A stretch of DNA of 64,000 nt from a virus. The stretch spans positions 15,455 through 79,454 of IMG/VR virus record IMGVR_UViG_3300032124_000002, one strand, 5' to 3'. Below are positions 30,415 to 39,007 of the stretch, piece by piece (within the stretch, counting starts at the first letter, position 1; the number at the start of each line of letters is the position of its first letter). Under the pieces are notes generated by a model that was not told the DNA's origin, made no database searches, and saw only the letters and a program-made list of their open reading frames with translations. A program made the translations under genes and the position numbers.

Positions 30415-30579
30415 GGGTAAAATTCCGGTGGGTAAAGTTGTTTTACTCGTTTTTTACCCGCCAAAAGGTGTGGCTGTCAATGCACTAAGAAAAACTACAG
30501 GAGACTGTTGTAGTAGTGAAGGCGGCGATTTTACTGATGATTCGTGAACCAAGTGAGACTATGGGAGACCAGAGAAAAG
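30415..30579 (-). promoter_or_regulatory. att arm / intS leader region
   Basis: Repeated gggtaaa/tttaccc boxes between the tRNA 3' end and the intS ATG, as in the KplE1 attachment region. Confidence 0.55.
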
Positions 30580-30651
30580 TGTCCCCTGCAGGAATCGAAC
30601 CTGCAACTAGCCCTTAGGAGGGGCTCGTTATATCCATTTAACTAAGGGGAC
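30580..30651 (-). tRNA. argW: tRNA-Arg(CCT); 3' end reads A-CTT instead of A-CCA
   Basis: GTCCCCT TA GTTA..TAAC G AGCCC CT CCT AA GGGCT AGTT GCAGG TTCGATT CCTGC AGGGGAC A; full cloverleaf. Confidence 0.96.
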
Positions 30652-30846
30652 ATAGAACTTACTGATTTTTAAGCGTTCAGCTTGTGTTGCATGTTATCCT
30701 ATCATTCCCCGCACCATCAAGCATTTCATTCCTTTTATTTCCTTTCCGTTTGCATCGATTCGCTTAGAAAATCACTTCGTTCACTTGCCATTGCGTACAC
30801 ATTGAGTACAGAATGCAGAATTTCTGTGTGTACAGGATACAGAGCC

Positions 30847-32016
30847 GTGGCCCTTAGTGATACCAAACTTCGAAGCATCAATGCTAAACCATACAGCGGC
30901 GCAGCTGAGGTCACAGATGGTGACGGACTGAGTGTACGCATAACTCCCACAGGCACGATCACATTCCAGTTTCGTTATCGCTGGAACGGTAAGCCCGTTC
31001 GCCTCTCCATTGGCCGCTATCCCGCTATGTCTCTCAAGGAGGCGCGCGTAGTCGTCGGTGAGATGCGCGAATTGTACCTCAAGGGGCTAAACCCTAAAAA
31101 TTATTTTGCCAAAGAAGATGGCGAGCTGACTCTAAAAGAGTGCCTGGATCAGTGGTGGAGTAAGTATGTTGAAACGCTGAAACCGAACACTCAGACGCTG
31201 TACAAGTCAGTTGTGTACAACACGATGTACACAGAATTCCCGGACGCACCGGTAGTAAATATTCCTGTTTCTGCATGGGTGCGTTTCTTTGATAAGCAGG
31301 AAAAGAAGAACAGCAAAAAGGCCAGAGTGCTTCTTCTACAGCTACGTTCTGTAATGAACTGGTGTATCAGCCGCCAGTTGATCTCATCGTGCGAGGTCCT
31401 GAAGCTTAGCGTTAAGACCATTGGCAAAAAACCTGATGTGGGTAGCAGGGTTCTGACCTATACCGAACTGGCTAAGATTTGGCTAGCTCTTGAAAACAAC
31501 AAAATCGTTACTTCTAACAAGGTGCTTCATCAGCTGCTTTTGCTTTGGGGAGCCAGGCTATCTGAGTTGCGTCTGGCTACCGCCAGCGAATTCAACATGG
31601 ATGATCTTATCTGGACGACGCCAGGAGAGCATTCCAAGATGGGTAACGTTATCCGTCGCCCGGTGTTCGATCAGGTGAAGCCTTTTGTTGAAAGACTCCT
31701 CAATGCTGGAAACAATGTTCTGTTTCCCGGCCAGGAACTGGACAAGCCTATAGATCGCTCATCAGCAAATCTCTATATGAAAAAGTTAAGGGATAAAATT
31801 GATATCCCGGAATGGCGAACACATGACTTCAGGCGCTCGCTGGTGACAAATTTATCAGGTGAAGGGGTTATGCCCCATGTCACCGAAAAGATGTTGGGGC
31901 ATGAGTTGGGAGGAGTGATGGCGGTGTACAACAAACACGATTGGCTGGTGGAACAGAAAGAAGCATATGAAATTTATGCAGATAAAATCTTTTGGCATGT
32001 AAATAAATTAAGATAG
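30847..32016 (+). CDS. Tyrosine integrase, Rac IntR-like family
   Basis: GTG start gives MALSDTKLR..KPYSG; WGARLSELR, WRTHDFRR, MLGHELGG and VYNKHDW motifs. Confidence 0.93.
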   Translation: MALSDTKLRSINAKPYSGAAEVTDGDGLSVRITPTGTITFQFRYRWNGKPVRLSIGRYPAMSLKEARVVVGEMRELYLKGLNPKNYFAKEDGELTLKECLDQWWSKYVETLKPNTQTLYKSVVYNTMYTEFPDAPVVNIPVSAWVRFFDKQEKKNSKKARVLLLQLRSVMNWCISRQLISSCEVLKLSVKTIGKKPDVGSRVLTYTELAKIWLALENNKIVTSNKVLHQLLLLWGARLSELRLATASEFNMDDLIWTTPGEHSKMGNVIRRPVFDQVKPFVERLLNAGNNVLFPGQELDKPIDRSSANLYMKKLRDKIDIPEWRTHDFRRSLVTNLSGEGVMPHVTEKMLGHELGGVMAVYNKHDWLVEQKEAYEIYADKIFWHVNKLR

Positions 32017-32049
32017 ATTCATGTATTTTGTATTTTTTTTGAGGTCATT

Positions 32050-32916
32050 ATGCATAGCGAATTATTTAAGTGGTTTGTTAGTGTTGTTACATCAACAGCA
32101 TTTCTCTCGGCGGTAGGTTACTTTCTTAGAGATAGTATTGGGAAATATTTTACAAAGTCAATTGAACATAATTTTGAAACAAAAATTGAGAAGTTTAAAT
32201 CAGAAATGAGAGAAGGTGAGAAAGAACTCGAGCAAATTAGGGGGTATATTTCTTCTTTAAGAACAAGCAGGGATTCCGTTCTTCAAACGAAAAGATTTGA
32301 AGCTGCTGAGAATCTTATCAAAGTACGTAAATTCCTTAGCAGTTTGACTATTGCTGTGCAATATATGCAAATGCTAAATGTCGATAAGATAATGAAAATG
32401 GGGGATGATCAAAGGATTAATGATTTCATGGATACAGTAGTAAAACCATTAAACCTTAAGGAGAAGTTAGACGAATATAATAATTTTGATAAAGATACTA
32501 TGAAACTATATTTAAATGATGACACCATCAACACATTTGAAGTATATGAAGCAATTATGATGCATACAACAATTGCACTTTATTTTTTATCGTTACCACT
32601 TACACGGACGTATAACTTTCTAAAGGAAGGGGAGGTAAGTAAGAAGATAATACCGATCATACCCGGCTCAGATAAACATTTTGAAAAACATGGTGAAAGT
32701 TACATTTGCTATTATCATGCCTTTTTTTATGCGGATATTTTAAAAAAACTTAGAAGTGAATTAATTGGTGGGAGTCATATTTTGAGTGACGCAAGGTCCG
32801 CTGAAAAGCTCGCTCTTGATTTTAAAGAAGCCAAAACAAATATACAAAAAAACCTATCAAAGTATGGATTATCTGAGGATTTAATCAACGAAAGTATTGA
32901 TGGTGACGACAAATAA
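32050..32916 (+). CDS. AT-rich hypothetical protein, N-terminal TM plus coiled coil (moron between int and xis)
   Basis: 288 aa, GAGG RBS, low GC, hairpin terminator at 32951-32987. Confidence 0.8.
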   Translation: MHSELFKWFVSVVTSTAFLSAVGYFLRDSIGKYFTKSIEHNFETKIEKFKSEMREGEKELEQIRGYISSLRTSRDSVLQTKRFEAAENLIKVRKFLSSLTIAVQYMQMLNVDKIMKMGDDQRINDFMDTVVKPLNLKEKLDEYNNFDKDTMKLYLNDDTINTFEVYEAIMMHTTIALYFLSLPLTRTYNFLKEGEVSKKIIPIIPGSDKHFEKHGESYICYYHAFFYADILKKLRSELIGGSHILSDARSAEKLALDFKEAKTNIQKNLSKYGLSEDLINESIDGDDK

Positions 32917-33006
32917 GTGAATAGTGTAATGAGTTTTTCTTATTATTAATAATGGCTTTAAGTGGGTTTGAAATACTTAAAGCCATTGCTTATTGTCAAG
33001 GGATAT

Positions 33007-33192
33007 TCATAAGTTACGGTTAATACCCCCGCTTTCCAACCATTCTTTAACTGCTCTCCGGCTATAACGTGTAGGATAGGTCAGAACTGGTTGAGGAAAC
33101 CCATGCTCTTTACGTAAACGCCATACAGCTGTTTTTTTCTTCCCCAGTAATTCGAATACTTCTTTCTCTTCCATAAAATCTGTAGAAGTCAT
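33007..33192 (-). CDS. Excisionase/AlpA-like winged HTH
   Basis: MEEKEVFELLGKKKTAVWRLRKEHGFPQPV..YSRRAVKEW. Confidence 0.82.
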   Translation of the reverse strand: MTSTDFMEEKEVFELLGKKKTAVWRLRKEHGFPQPVLTYPTRYSRRAVKEWLESGGINRNL

Positions 33193-33199
33193 AAGCACC

Positions 33200-33796
33200 T
33201 CATTCAAAATTACCGTTAAAAATACATGTCCCACACCCGCCACGAGCCCCTTCAGTACAAACATCACAGCGGTCGACTCTTTTACGAGATTGTTCGATTT
33301 TCTCAGGCACTACCTGTGCCTCCTGCGGGGCAGATACGAGCATGGTGGTGCGGCAGGTTTTCTCTGCCCACTCCAGATACTTCTCTTTCACCCCTTCATC
33401 CAGTCCGCCGCAATCGACGAGATTATCAACCAGTTCGCGAGCCAGTTTTTTGAAATCCGGTACTACCGGCACCACCGGCGCTGGCTGTGCGTGGCGATAG
33501 AGAGGGGCTTCAGCCATTAACTCGATTTCTCGTGCCAGCTGGTATAGATGTGCGGCGTTAAATCTCGATTCACCACCAAATGGTCGCTTATTTTCAGCCA
33601 AAAATCTCAGTGCTGCTGGCACGGTTTTATCGCATCCGTTACCCCACGCAACCGGCTCGCCGTTCAGTGCGGCCAGCGCCAAGCAGGCCAGCTCTTCCGC
33701 TTCTTCAGCTGGCAGCATTACGTTGCTTCCGGCGCCGTAGGTTTCACGCCATGATTTAATTTTTTCCAGGCGTTCTCTGGTTAATTTGCTGGTCAT
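33200..33796 (-). CDS. Eaa-like modular early protein
   Basis: LTRERLEKIKSWRETYGAGSNVMLPAEEAEELA N-terminus typical of lambdoid nin/ea regions. Confidence 0.7.
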   Translation of the reverse strand: MTSKLTRERLEKIKSWRETYGAGSNVMLPAEEAEELACLALAALNGEPVAWGNGCDKTVPAALRFLAENKRPFGGESRFNAAHLYQLAREIELMAEAPLYRHAQPAPVVPVVPDFKKLARELVDNLVDCGGLDEGVKEKYLEWAEKTCRTTMLVSAPQEAQVVPEKIEQSRKRVDRCDVCTEGARGGCGTCIFNGNFE

Positions 33797-34093
33797 TTAA
33801 AAATCTCCGTCGCCAACACTAAGATATCCACTGGCAGAAATAGCAATTAACTGATTACCCTCAGTGCTATCGCAGTCAGTTGCGCTACCCAGCAACAAAT
33901 TAAAACCACCGGAAGCGGTGTAAAAATTCGCGTCAGGGAACTCTTTCTGAACGTCCTTCAGTAACTCGGCTAACCCTTTTGTCAGGCGCTTAAATTTGCG
34001 CGCTGCGCCTGGGCATTTTTCATCGAGCAAGCAACTGGCCTCGTAATAGTCCCCGGCGTCAATGTGTTCCAGTAATTCTTTAGTATCCATCAC
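33797..34093 (-). CDS. Hypothetical early protein
   Basis: 98 aa in the leftward operon, abutting its neighbours. Confidence 0.7.
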   Translation of the reverse strand: MMDTKELLEHIDAGDYYEASCLLDEKCPGAARKFKRLTKGLAELLKDVQKEFPDANFYTASGGFNLLLGSATDCDSTEGNQLIAISASGYLSVGDGDF

Positions 34094-34542
34094 TCAGCCT
34101 CCACCTTGATGCCAGCGGCGGACGAGAACACTTCAAAGGCAGCCCGCCAGGCATCTTCGCAATATGCAATTGTCATGGTTCCAGCTGTCGCAGGGAGTTT
34201 TCCGTTTGCCCATTTTCCGAATCCGTATGCTTGGCCATCTTCATCATCCGGCAGCTTCACGGTCACGGTGCGGTACTCCAGCTCGGCGATGCGCTGGCGC
34301 AGAGCAGTAACCTCGTCGAACAACTCACAGGCAGTACGTCCCTGCTCAATCGCTCTTGTCTGCGCCTTCTCCAGCGCCTCTACCATAGCCCTCATGCGCC
34401 TAGCCACCGCCACTTCGTCAGGGAATGCAAGACGCCAGGCTTCATTAAGCAGTTTGGCGCTAATGGGGTTCATACTGAAACGCTCTGTCATTAAGAACGC
34501 CAGCTTTTTTGCTCGTTCTAGCGCTAACTCAGCCTCAGTCAT
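34090..34542 (-). CDS. Ead/Ea22-like protein
   Basis: ALVEALEKAQ..LRQRIAELE..TVKLP..AAGIKVE pattern. Confidence 0.7.
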   Translation of the reverse strand: MTEAELALERAKKLAFLMTERFSMNPISAKLLNEAWRLAFPDEVAVARRMRAMVEALEKAQTRAIEQGRTACELFDEVTALRQRIAELEYRTVTVKLPDDEDGQAYGFGKWANGKLPATAGTMTIAYCEDAWRAAFEVFSSAAGIKVEAE

Positions 34543-35611
34543 GGCTGGCCTCCTTACTGCGACTAACAGACAAAGTTTTATTCACGATGGCATCCATCAG
34601 ACGTGATGCAGCCGCCTTTTGAGCAGATACATTCGCAATGACCGTTGGTCTGGTTTTCTCGCAGCTGGCGCAAATACCATCCCATGATGAAATGAGGAAG
34701 AAATCTTCACGTTCGGAAATGCCGGTATTCATTGCCAGGTCCTCAATCATCAGCGTGACCCCGCGAACTCCCCGACCTTCGCTTAACCGCTGCACTGCGT
34801 AGCCGAAGGCGTTAATCATCACTGCATGGAACTGGATGTATTCGCGTTTGTACTCCGCTTGGTTCGTACCTTGGCGAACATCATCTAAACCTGTCAGCAT
34901 TAGCCACGCATTCCACAACCCTTCAAGATCATCCTTTGAGCAGGAACCTGAAAATTTTGCTGTGGCATCACTAAGGGCTTTGAAGCTCACCCACTTATCA
35001 CTTTTCGCGGGAACGACGTTATGCTCAAAATCGGTGACTTCAGAAAATACTTCGTGTGAGCTGATAAAGCTGACCATTTCCTGCGCGTTCTTATCGCGCC
35101 CGTTATAGGCCATGTTGATAGCCGCAGATGGCTTCGAAACATTGTTGTTGATGTCAGAGAAAAACTGCTGCCTCGTCTTCAGCGGCAACTGGAGAGTAAG
35201 CATCATCGGGACATGGATCGGTTCATCAATGGTGCGGCAATACTCCGCAATACCGGCTGCACGATGCTGACCATCAAACAATTTAATCTCGGCATCCATC
35301 GGGAAACGGGCCACCCCGACATTAGTGTTTCCGAACTCTTCGAATTCAACATACGAGTCGCAGTTACCCACAAGCGGCGGAATAATGAACGGTTCCTTGT
35401 TCTCGTATGCTTCAAGGAGATACTGATAAAACTTTTTCGCCCTGGCGGGGTTCAGTTCTCGCTGAGATCGATCAAGGGTGTCCCCGTAGTTATCGCTGGC
35501 GAGGACTCGCGTTAGTGTCCGTGCAGGTACTGTCAGCATCAGGACAATTGAATCGCCCTGAGTTCCACGCGACGCCGGAAATTCAAAGAAATGATCGCCT
35601 ACTTTGCTCAT
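34535..35611 (-). CDS. DndB-like DGQHR-domain protein
   Basis: RSQRELNPARAK, LFDGQHRAAGI and QQFFSDINNN motifs; ATG at 35611 overlaps the parB stop. Confidence 0.88.
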   Translation of the reverse strand: MSKVGDHFFEFPASRGTQGDSIVLMLTVPARTLTRVLASDNYGDTLDRSQRELNPARAKKFYQYLLEAYENKEPFIIPPLVGNCDSYVEFEEFGNTNVGVARFPMDAEIKLFDGQHRAAGIAEYCRTIDEPIHVPMMLTLQLPLKTRQQFFSDINNNVSKPSAAINMAYNGRDKNAQEMVSFISSHEVFSEVTDFEHNVVPAKSDKWVSFKALSDATAKFSGSCSKDDLEGLWNAWLMLTGLDDVRQGTNQAEYKREYIQFHAVMINAFGYAVQRLSEGRGVRGVTLMIEDLAMNTGISEREDFFLISSWDGICASCEKTRPTVIANVSAQKAAASRLMDAIVNKTLSVSRSKEASHD

Positions 35612-36396
35612 AATGATTCCTCCCCAAGTACCCAACGCAGTGCGCTTGCATACTCACCCTCGGCAGATTCCAGGGCTTTAGTGATTTCTTTGCGGGTTTT
35701 CAGGCGCGGCTTTGCATCACCGAGGATCTGGCGCTGACGCCGGGCTTTTTCATGGCCGGTTGTGCCAGCAGTTGCCGCTTCGATTTCAGAGACCTTCTCC
35801 CGCTGCTCTTCGGGTTTAAGTGATGACAACTGACGGGCCTGGGTAACGGTTACAGTTCCAGACTCCACTGCATCGCGAACAGCCTGGGTGGCATCCAGCA
35901 GTGACAGAGTTGCGCGTACGGTCTGGACACTCACGCCAAACATCAGCGCTAAATCGTCCTCGTCGTGCCCGCGCTCCAGCGCATCAGCCATTTTCTTTGC
36001 TCGGCCCAGTGGCGTATCTGCCTGGCGGATTTCGTTAGCACTTACCATTGCCTGCGCCATGCGAACGGCAGAGCCACGTTTAGCGACTGCCGGAACCAGT
36101 AACGGTTCTTTGCCCTCTTTCGACAGTCGCTTGTTGGCTTCCAGTGTATGGCGCACACGCTGGCGACCATCAACCACACAAGACAGCCCTGTTTCCGGGT
36201 CTTTCCAGACGATAATCGGCTCAAGAACGCCCTGGTCCATGATGTTCAGCACCATTGCCTCGCTGATAGGCAGGTGGATACGCTCATCGTAAAGCGGGTG
36301 CGTTTTGTCGGTAACCAGGTGCAGGTTTTCAGGTTCGAACGTCAAAACGTTCGTTTTGCCACTGGCGCCGTATACAAGCTTTGAGTCTTTAGCCAT
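35608..36396 (-). CDS. ParB/Srx-like N-terminal domain plus HTH protein
   Basis: GVLEPIIV..VVDGRQRVR ParB box; HTH DLALMFGVSVQTVR. Confidence 0.88.
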   Translation of the reverse strand: MAKDSKLVYGASGKTNVLTFEPENLHLVTDKTHPLYDERIHLPISEAMVLNIMDQGVLEPIIVWKDPETGLSCVVDGRQRVRHTLEANKRLSKEGKEPLLVPAVAKRGSAVRMAQAMVSANEIRQADTPLGRAKKMADALERGHDEDDLALMFGVSVQTVRATLSLLDATQAVRDAVESGTVTVTQARQLSSLKPEEQREKVSEIEAATAGTTGHEKARRQRQILGDAKPRLKTRKEITKALESAEGEYASALRWVLGEESL

Positions 36397-36734
36397 CAGA
36401 GTGCCTCCACGTTACGAAAGCTGGTGGGGCAAATTGCTTTCAAATCGCGCATTGCTTCGAGGACATGCAGATTTATACGCTTCTTGGTATATCGCTCAGT
36501 AATACGATCACACTCCTTCGCCCAGGATTTGACCTCTGCGAGAAGGGCGTCACGTTCGGTGCGCGTCTGGCGCAGAGCTACATTCGAAACATCGAGGACG
36601 GTAGCCAGTTCCTTGATGATTGCTGCCTGTTCTGGTGGCATCGTTTTGGCTATTTCGTACGCCTGTTTAATCAGTTGTTTTGCTGTCTTAGCCATCTTTT
36701 GTTCTCCATCTGACGCGCTGCAACGCGTAAATTT
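36396..36734 (-). CDS. Hypothetical early protein (MAKTAKQLIKQAYEIAK...)
   Basis: GGAG RBS precedes MAKTAK; the longer ORF-track start probably runs through the leader. The start coordinate is approximate (ATG near 36695). Confidence 0.6.
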   Translation of the reverse strand, partial: KFTRCSASDGEQKMAKTAKQLIKQAYEIAKTMPPEQAAIIKELATVLDVSNVALRQTRTERDALLAEVKSWAKECDRITERYTKKRINLHVLEAMRDLKAICPTSFRNVEAL

Positions 36735-36991
36735 AGGGTGCAGCAACCCAACCCATGAGAGTGGGTGAATAGCTGATTTAAATTTCTTGCTGATGGGGGA
36801 CCGCCACTGCAATGGCGGTACGTTAGTTCTCCACACAACACAGAAGAGCACCTGCGGCCGCAAATCCGCTCGGGCGGATTGTGTTAGGGCACGTCACTCG
36901 GTGGTGCTCTGATGTCTTTTGTAAAAGGGCGAACCAGAAACAATGGGGAAACTGGTGCCGCCAAGATGACATAGTCCATCAGACTCACTTG

Positions 36992-37020
36992 ATGTTAGGT
37001 TATGCCTAGTGTCATGTCAA
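36992..37020 (-). promoter_or_regulatory. PL-like sigma70 promoter
   Basis: Minus strand TTGACA-17 bp-TAACAT. Confidence 0.8.
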
Positions 37021-37035
37021 TAGGCTTAGCCTAAT
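36994..37035. promoter_or_regulatory. OL operators (RacR-type TTAGGC/GCCTAA half-sites)
   Basis: gttaggttatgcctag and ataggcttagcctaat overlap PL; the second matches the OR palindrome. Confidence 0.75.
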
Positions 37036-37049
37036 GGTGGTCGGCGGTC

Positions 37050-37076
37050 AAAAAAAATCCCGCATAAGCGGGATTT
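37050..37076 (-). terminator. Terminator ending the cI-nuclease transcript
   Basis: aaatcccgc-ttat-gcgggattt plus T-tract on the minus strand. Confidence 0.75.
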
Positions 37077-37104
37077 GTGTGAAATAAAGCTAGTGTTTTT
37101 ATGA

Positions 37105-38259
37105 TTATGGACGACGCTTTCTGAAATTCTCATCATTCTGTACATATTGTAAAGAATCAAGGATTAAACCTGAAATCCTTAATACATCCTCGGGATGTTC
37201 AATGAAAATACGATTGTTATCATGTTCAAGTCCGGCTCTTTTAATTTCATTACCGGTTATTTCATTGATATCAATTGGTAACTGTATGTTTGAGCGATTC
37301 TTCTTGTCATAATAGCGAACCAGCCAGCGGTTTGTTTTTCCTTGGAAAAGAATAGAGTAATAGGACTCTGTATCTTTGGCTTGAAGTTCGTATGCAGGGC
37401 CTATAATAGAACAGATTTTTTCAAATAAAATTCTTTCATTATAGGTTGTTACTATGTTGGGGTTCTCTGCATCGACAATATCTGCGCGCTCATCAATTAC
37501 ATTATTTTCAGTTACATCAGCAGGGGATTCTAATTCAGGAATAGATGTTCTTGATGAAAGACCAGAAACAACCATTTCACTTACTGACCTCTCTACGGCC
37601 TGCCTCACCAATGGAGTTATTGTTTCTATAAATCTTTGATTTAATTGACGACCAATATTTGCTCGTCCTGCAACATATCTAACAAATTCATGATCTACTT
37701 CCCGAAGGCTTGTACTCACAACTTTAACAAATGCAGAAATATATACACTCTCTTCTGCAAGGGTTCTTAGGGCCTCTGGTTTGAATTTGTCATGGCGGAA
37801 TCTAAATAATTGCTCAGCATCAGAATCTTTAATGTCATCCATCATGATTCGTAAAAATGGCGTTGAATCCATTATATTTTTTTCATTGAGATCCGTAAAA
37901 AAGCGCCATTCAATTCCATTAGTAATTGCTGATATTGTCACCTCAGGAGTAGAATTAAAATACCTAGATAATTGAGGGCAATGGTTGTCCATTTTTTCTT
38001 TACAACCTTTGGCCTCAATAAACATAACGGGAACACCTTGGCAGAATAGAGCATAATCTACACGCTCACCCACTTTCACACCAGGGAAGTCCGCACCATA
38101 TTCAGCTTTGACTTTTTGCGGATCATATGCGTTAAAGCCTAGGATGTCCAAAAAAGGAAGTATCAAAGCCTGCTTGGTTGTCTCTTCCGTTGTGCAGTGT
38201 TCTCTAACATTTTTAACATGTTCAATGTGATTTTTAAGACGTACTTTGAAGTTTTCCAT
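37105..38259 (-). CDS. HsdR-N-terminal-like PD-(D/E)xK nuclease protein in the immunity region
   Basis: EETTKQALILPFL..LG, ERVDYAL..IEAK, QLSRYF, ITNGIEWRFFTD; GGAGG RBS before ATG 38259; no helicase motifs. Confidence 0.85.
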   Translation of the reverse strand: MENFKVRLKNHIEHVKNVREHCTTEETTKQALILPFLDILGFNAYDPQKVKAEYGADFPGVKVGERVDYALFCQGVPVMFIEAKGCKEKMDNHCPQLSRYFNSTPEVTISAITNGIEWRFFTDLNEKNIMDSTPFLRIMMDDIKDSDAEQLFRFRHDKFKPEALRTLAEESVYISAFVKVVSTSLREVDHEFVRYVAGRANIGRQLNQRFIETITPLVRQAVERSVSEMVVSGLSSRTSIPELESPADVTENNVIDERADIVDAENPNIVTTYNERILFEKICSIIGPAYELQAKDTESYYSILFQGKTNRWLVRYYDKKNRSNIQLPIDINEITGNEIKRAGLEHDNNRIFIEHPEDVLRISGLILDSLQYVQNDENFRKRRP

Positions 38260-38429
38260 GCATCCTCCATGCAAAGTGAAAACCTGCTGTTAAATCAAAG
38301 CAAGTCACAATCCCGGATAGGCTTCATACAAGCCAATCCCCCACAGGGATTGAGTTATGCAAGCGAATCAATCTCAGAGCTTTTAACATGTATGGAGCTT
38401 AGAGATATTGTCCGTTAGACCATATAAGC

Positions 38430-38906
38430 TTAAGCTCTGGCTTTCGTTTGTTTTTTTCCATCTTCCTCCTGCTCTGCCCATCTCCTTATCTTCATCTCTA
38501 ATGAGTCTAAATATGCTTTAGCATCGCTATCTACCCAGCCAGGTATACGCTGTCCTTGCTCTAAGAGGACAAAATCAATGATAGCCTTTTTTTCTCTCGA
38601 AGCCTTATTATAGAGCTCGTCAATAGAACCATTTTTAACTATGGGATCTGTTGCGGGCTCACATGTATCAGTTAGCGGGTATCCCTTTAGTCCCCAGTGC
38701 TCGGGGCCCACAACATCAGAAAAGTAGTTCCAAAGCTCTGGTAGCTTCTCTTTCGATATGGAGCCTTTATTGATCCAGTCATGGATTGATGGGGGTTTTA
38801 TTTTGAAATGACGTGCGATTTCCGCCTTACTCTTGGCAGAACCTATTGAAAGCTTCTTGTCTATGGCCTGCTCGATCGCTCGGCCCAATTCTTTACCACT
38901 AAGCAT
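38430..38906 (-). CDS. racR: Repressor, RacR-like (HTH, no LexA-type peptidase domain)
   Basis: MLSGKELGRAIEQAI..KSKAEIARHFKIKPPSIHDWI..VVGPEHWGL; 158 aa like E. coli RacR. Confidence 0.9.
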   Translation of the reverse strand: MLSGKELGRAIEQAIDKKLSIGSAKSKAEIARHFKIKPPSIHDWINKGSISKEKLPELWNYFSDVVGPEHWGLKGYPLTDTCEPATDPIVKNGSIDELYNKASREKKAIIDFVLLEQGQRIPGWVDSDAKAYLDSLEMKIRRWAEQEEDGKKQTKARA

Positions 38907-38907
38907 T

Positions 38908-38976
38908 GCCTAATAATCCTCATAACCTATAGCTTAGGCAATTCCTATTGATTGTTTATTAGGCTTAGCCTAATAT
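38908..38976 (+). promoter_or_regulatory. PR promoter and OR operators
   Basis: TTGATT(38948)-17 bp-TAATAT(38971); palindrome attaggc-tta-gcctaat at 38958-38974; gcctaa at 38908 and ttaggc at 38934. Confidence 0.8.
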
Positions 38977-39007
38977 CTGCTTGTGTGGAAATCATAGGAA
39001 TCCGTTT

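Noticed and set aside
30682-30846. Longer 444-aa start for the second integrase
   Set aside because: Family-typical N-terminus begins at GTG 30847; the extension crosses att-arm sequence
34535-35611. A phosphorothioation (Dnd) system
   Set aside because: Only a DndB-like gene is present; no dndA/C/D/E or dndFGH in the window
36820-36972. ~50-codon Cys-rich minus-strand ORF in the PL leader
   Set aside because: Weak RBS, no recognisable motif, overlaps hairpin-rich leader; cannot be supported
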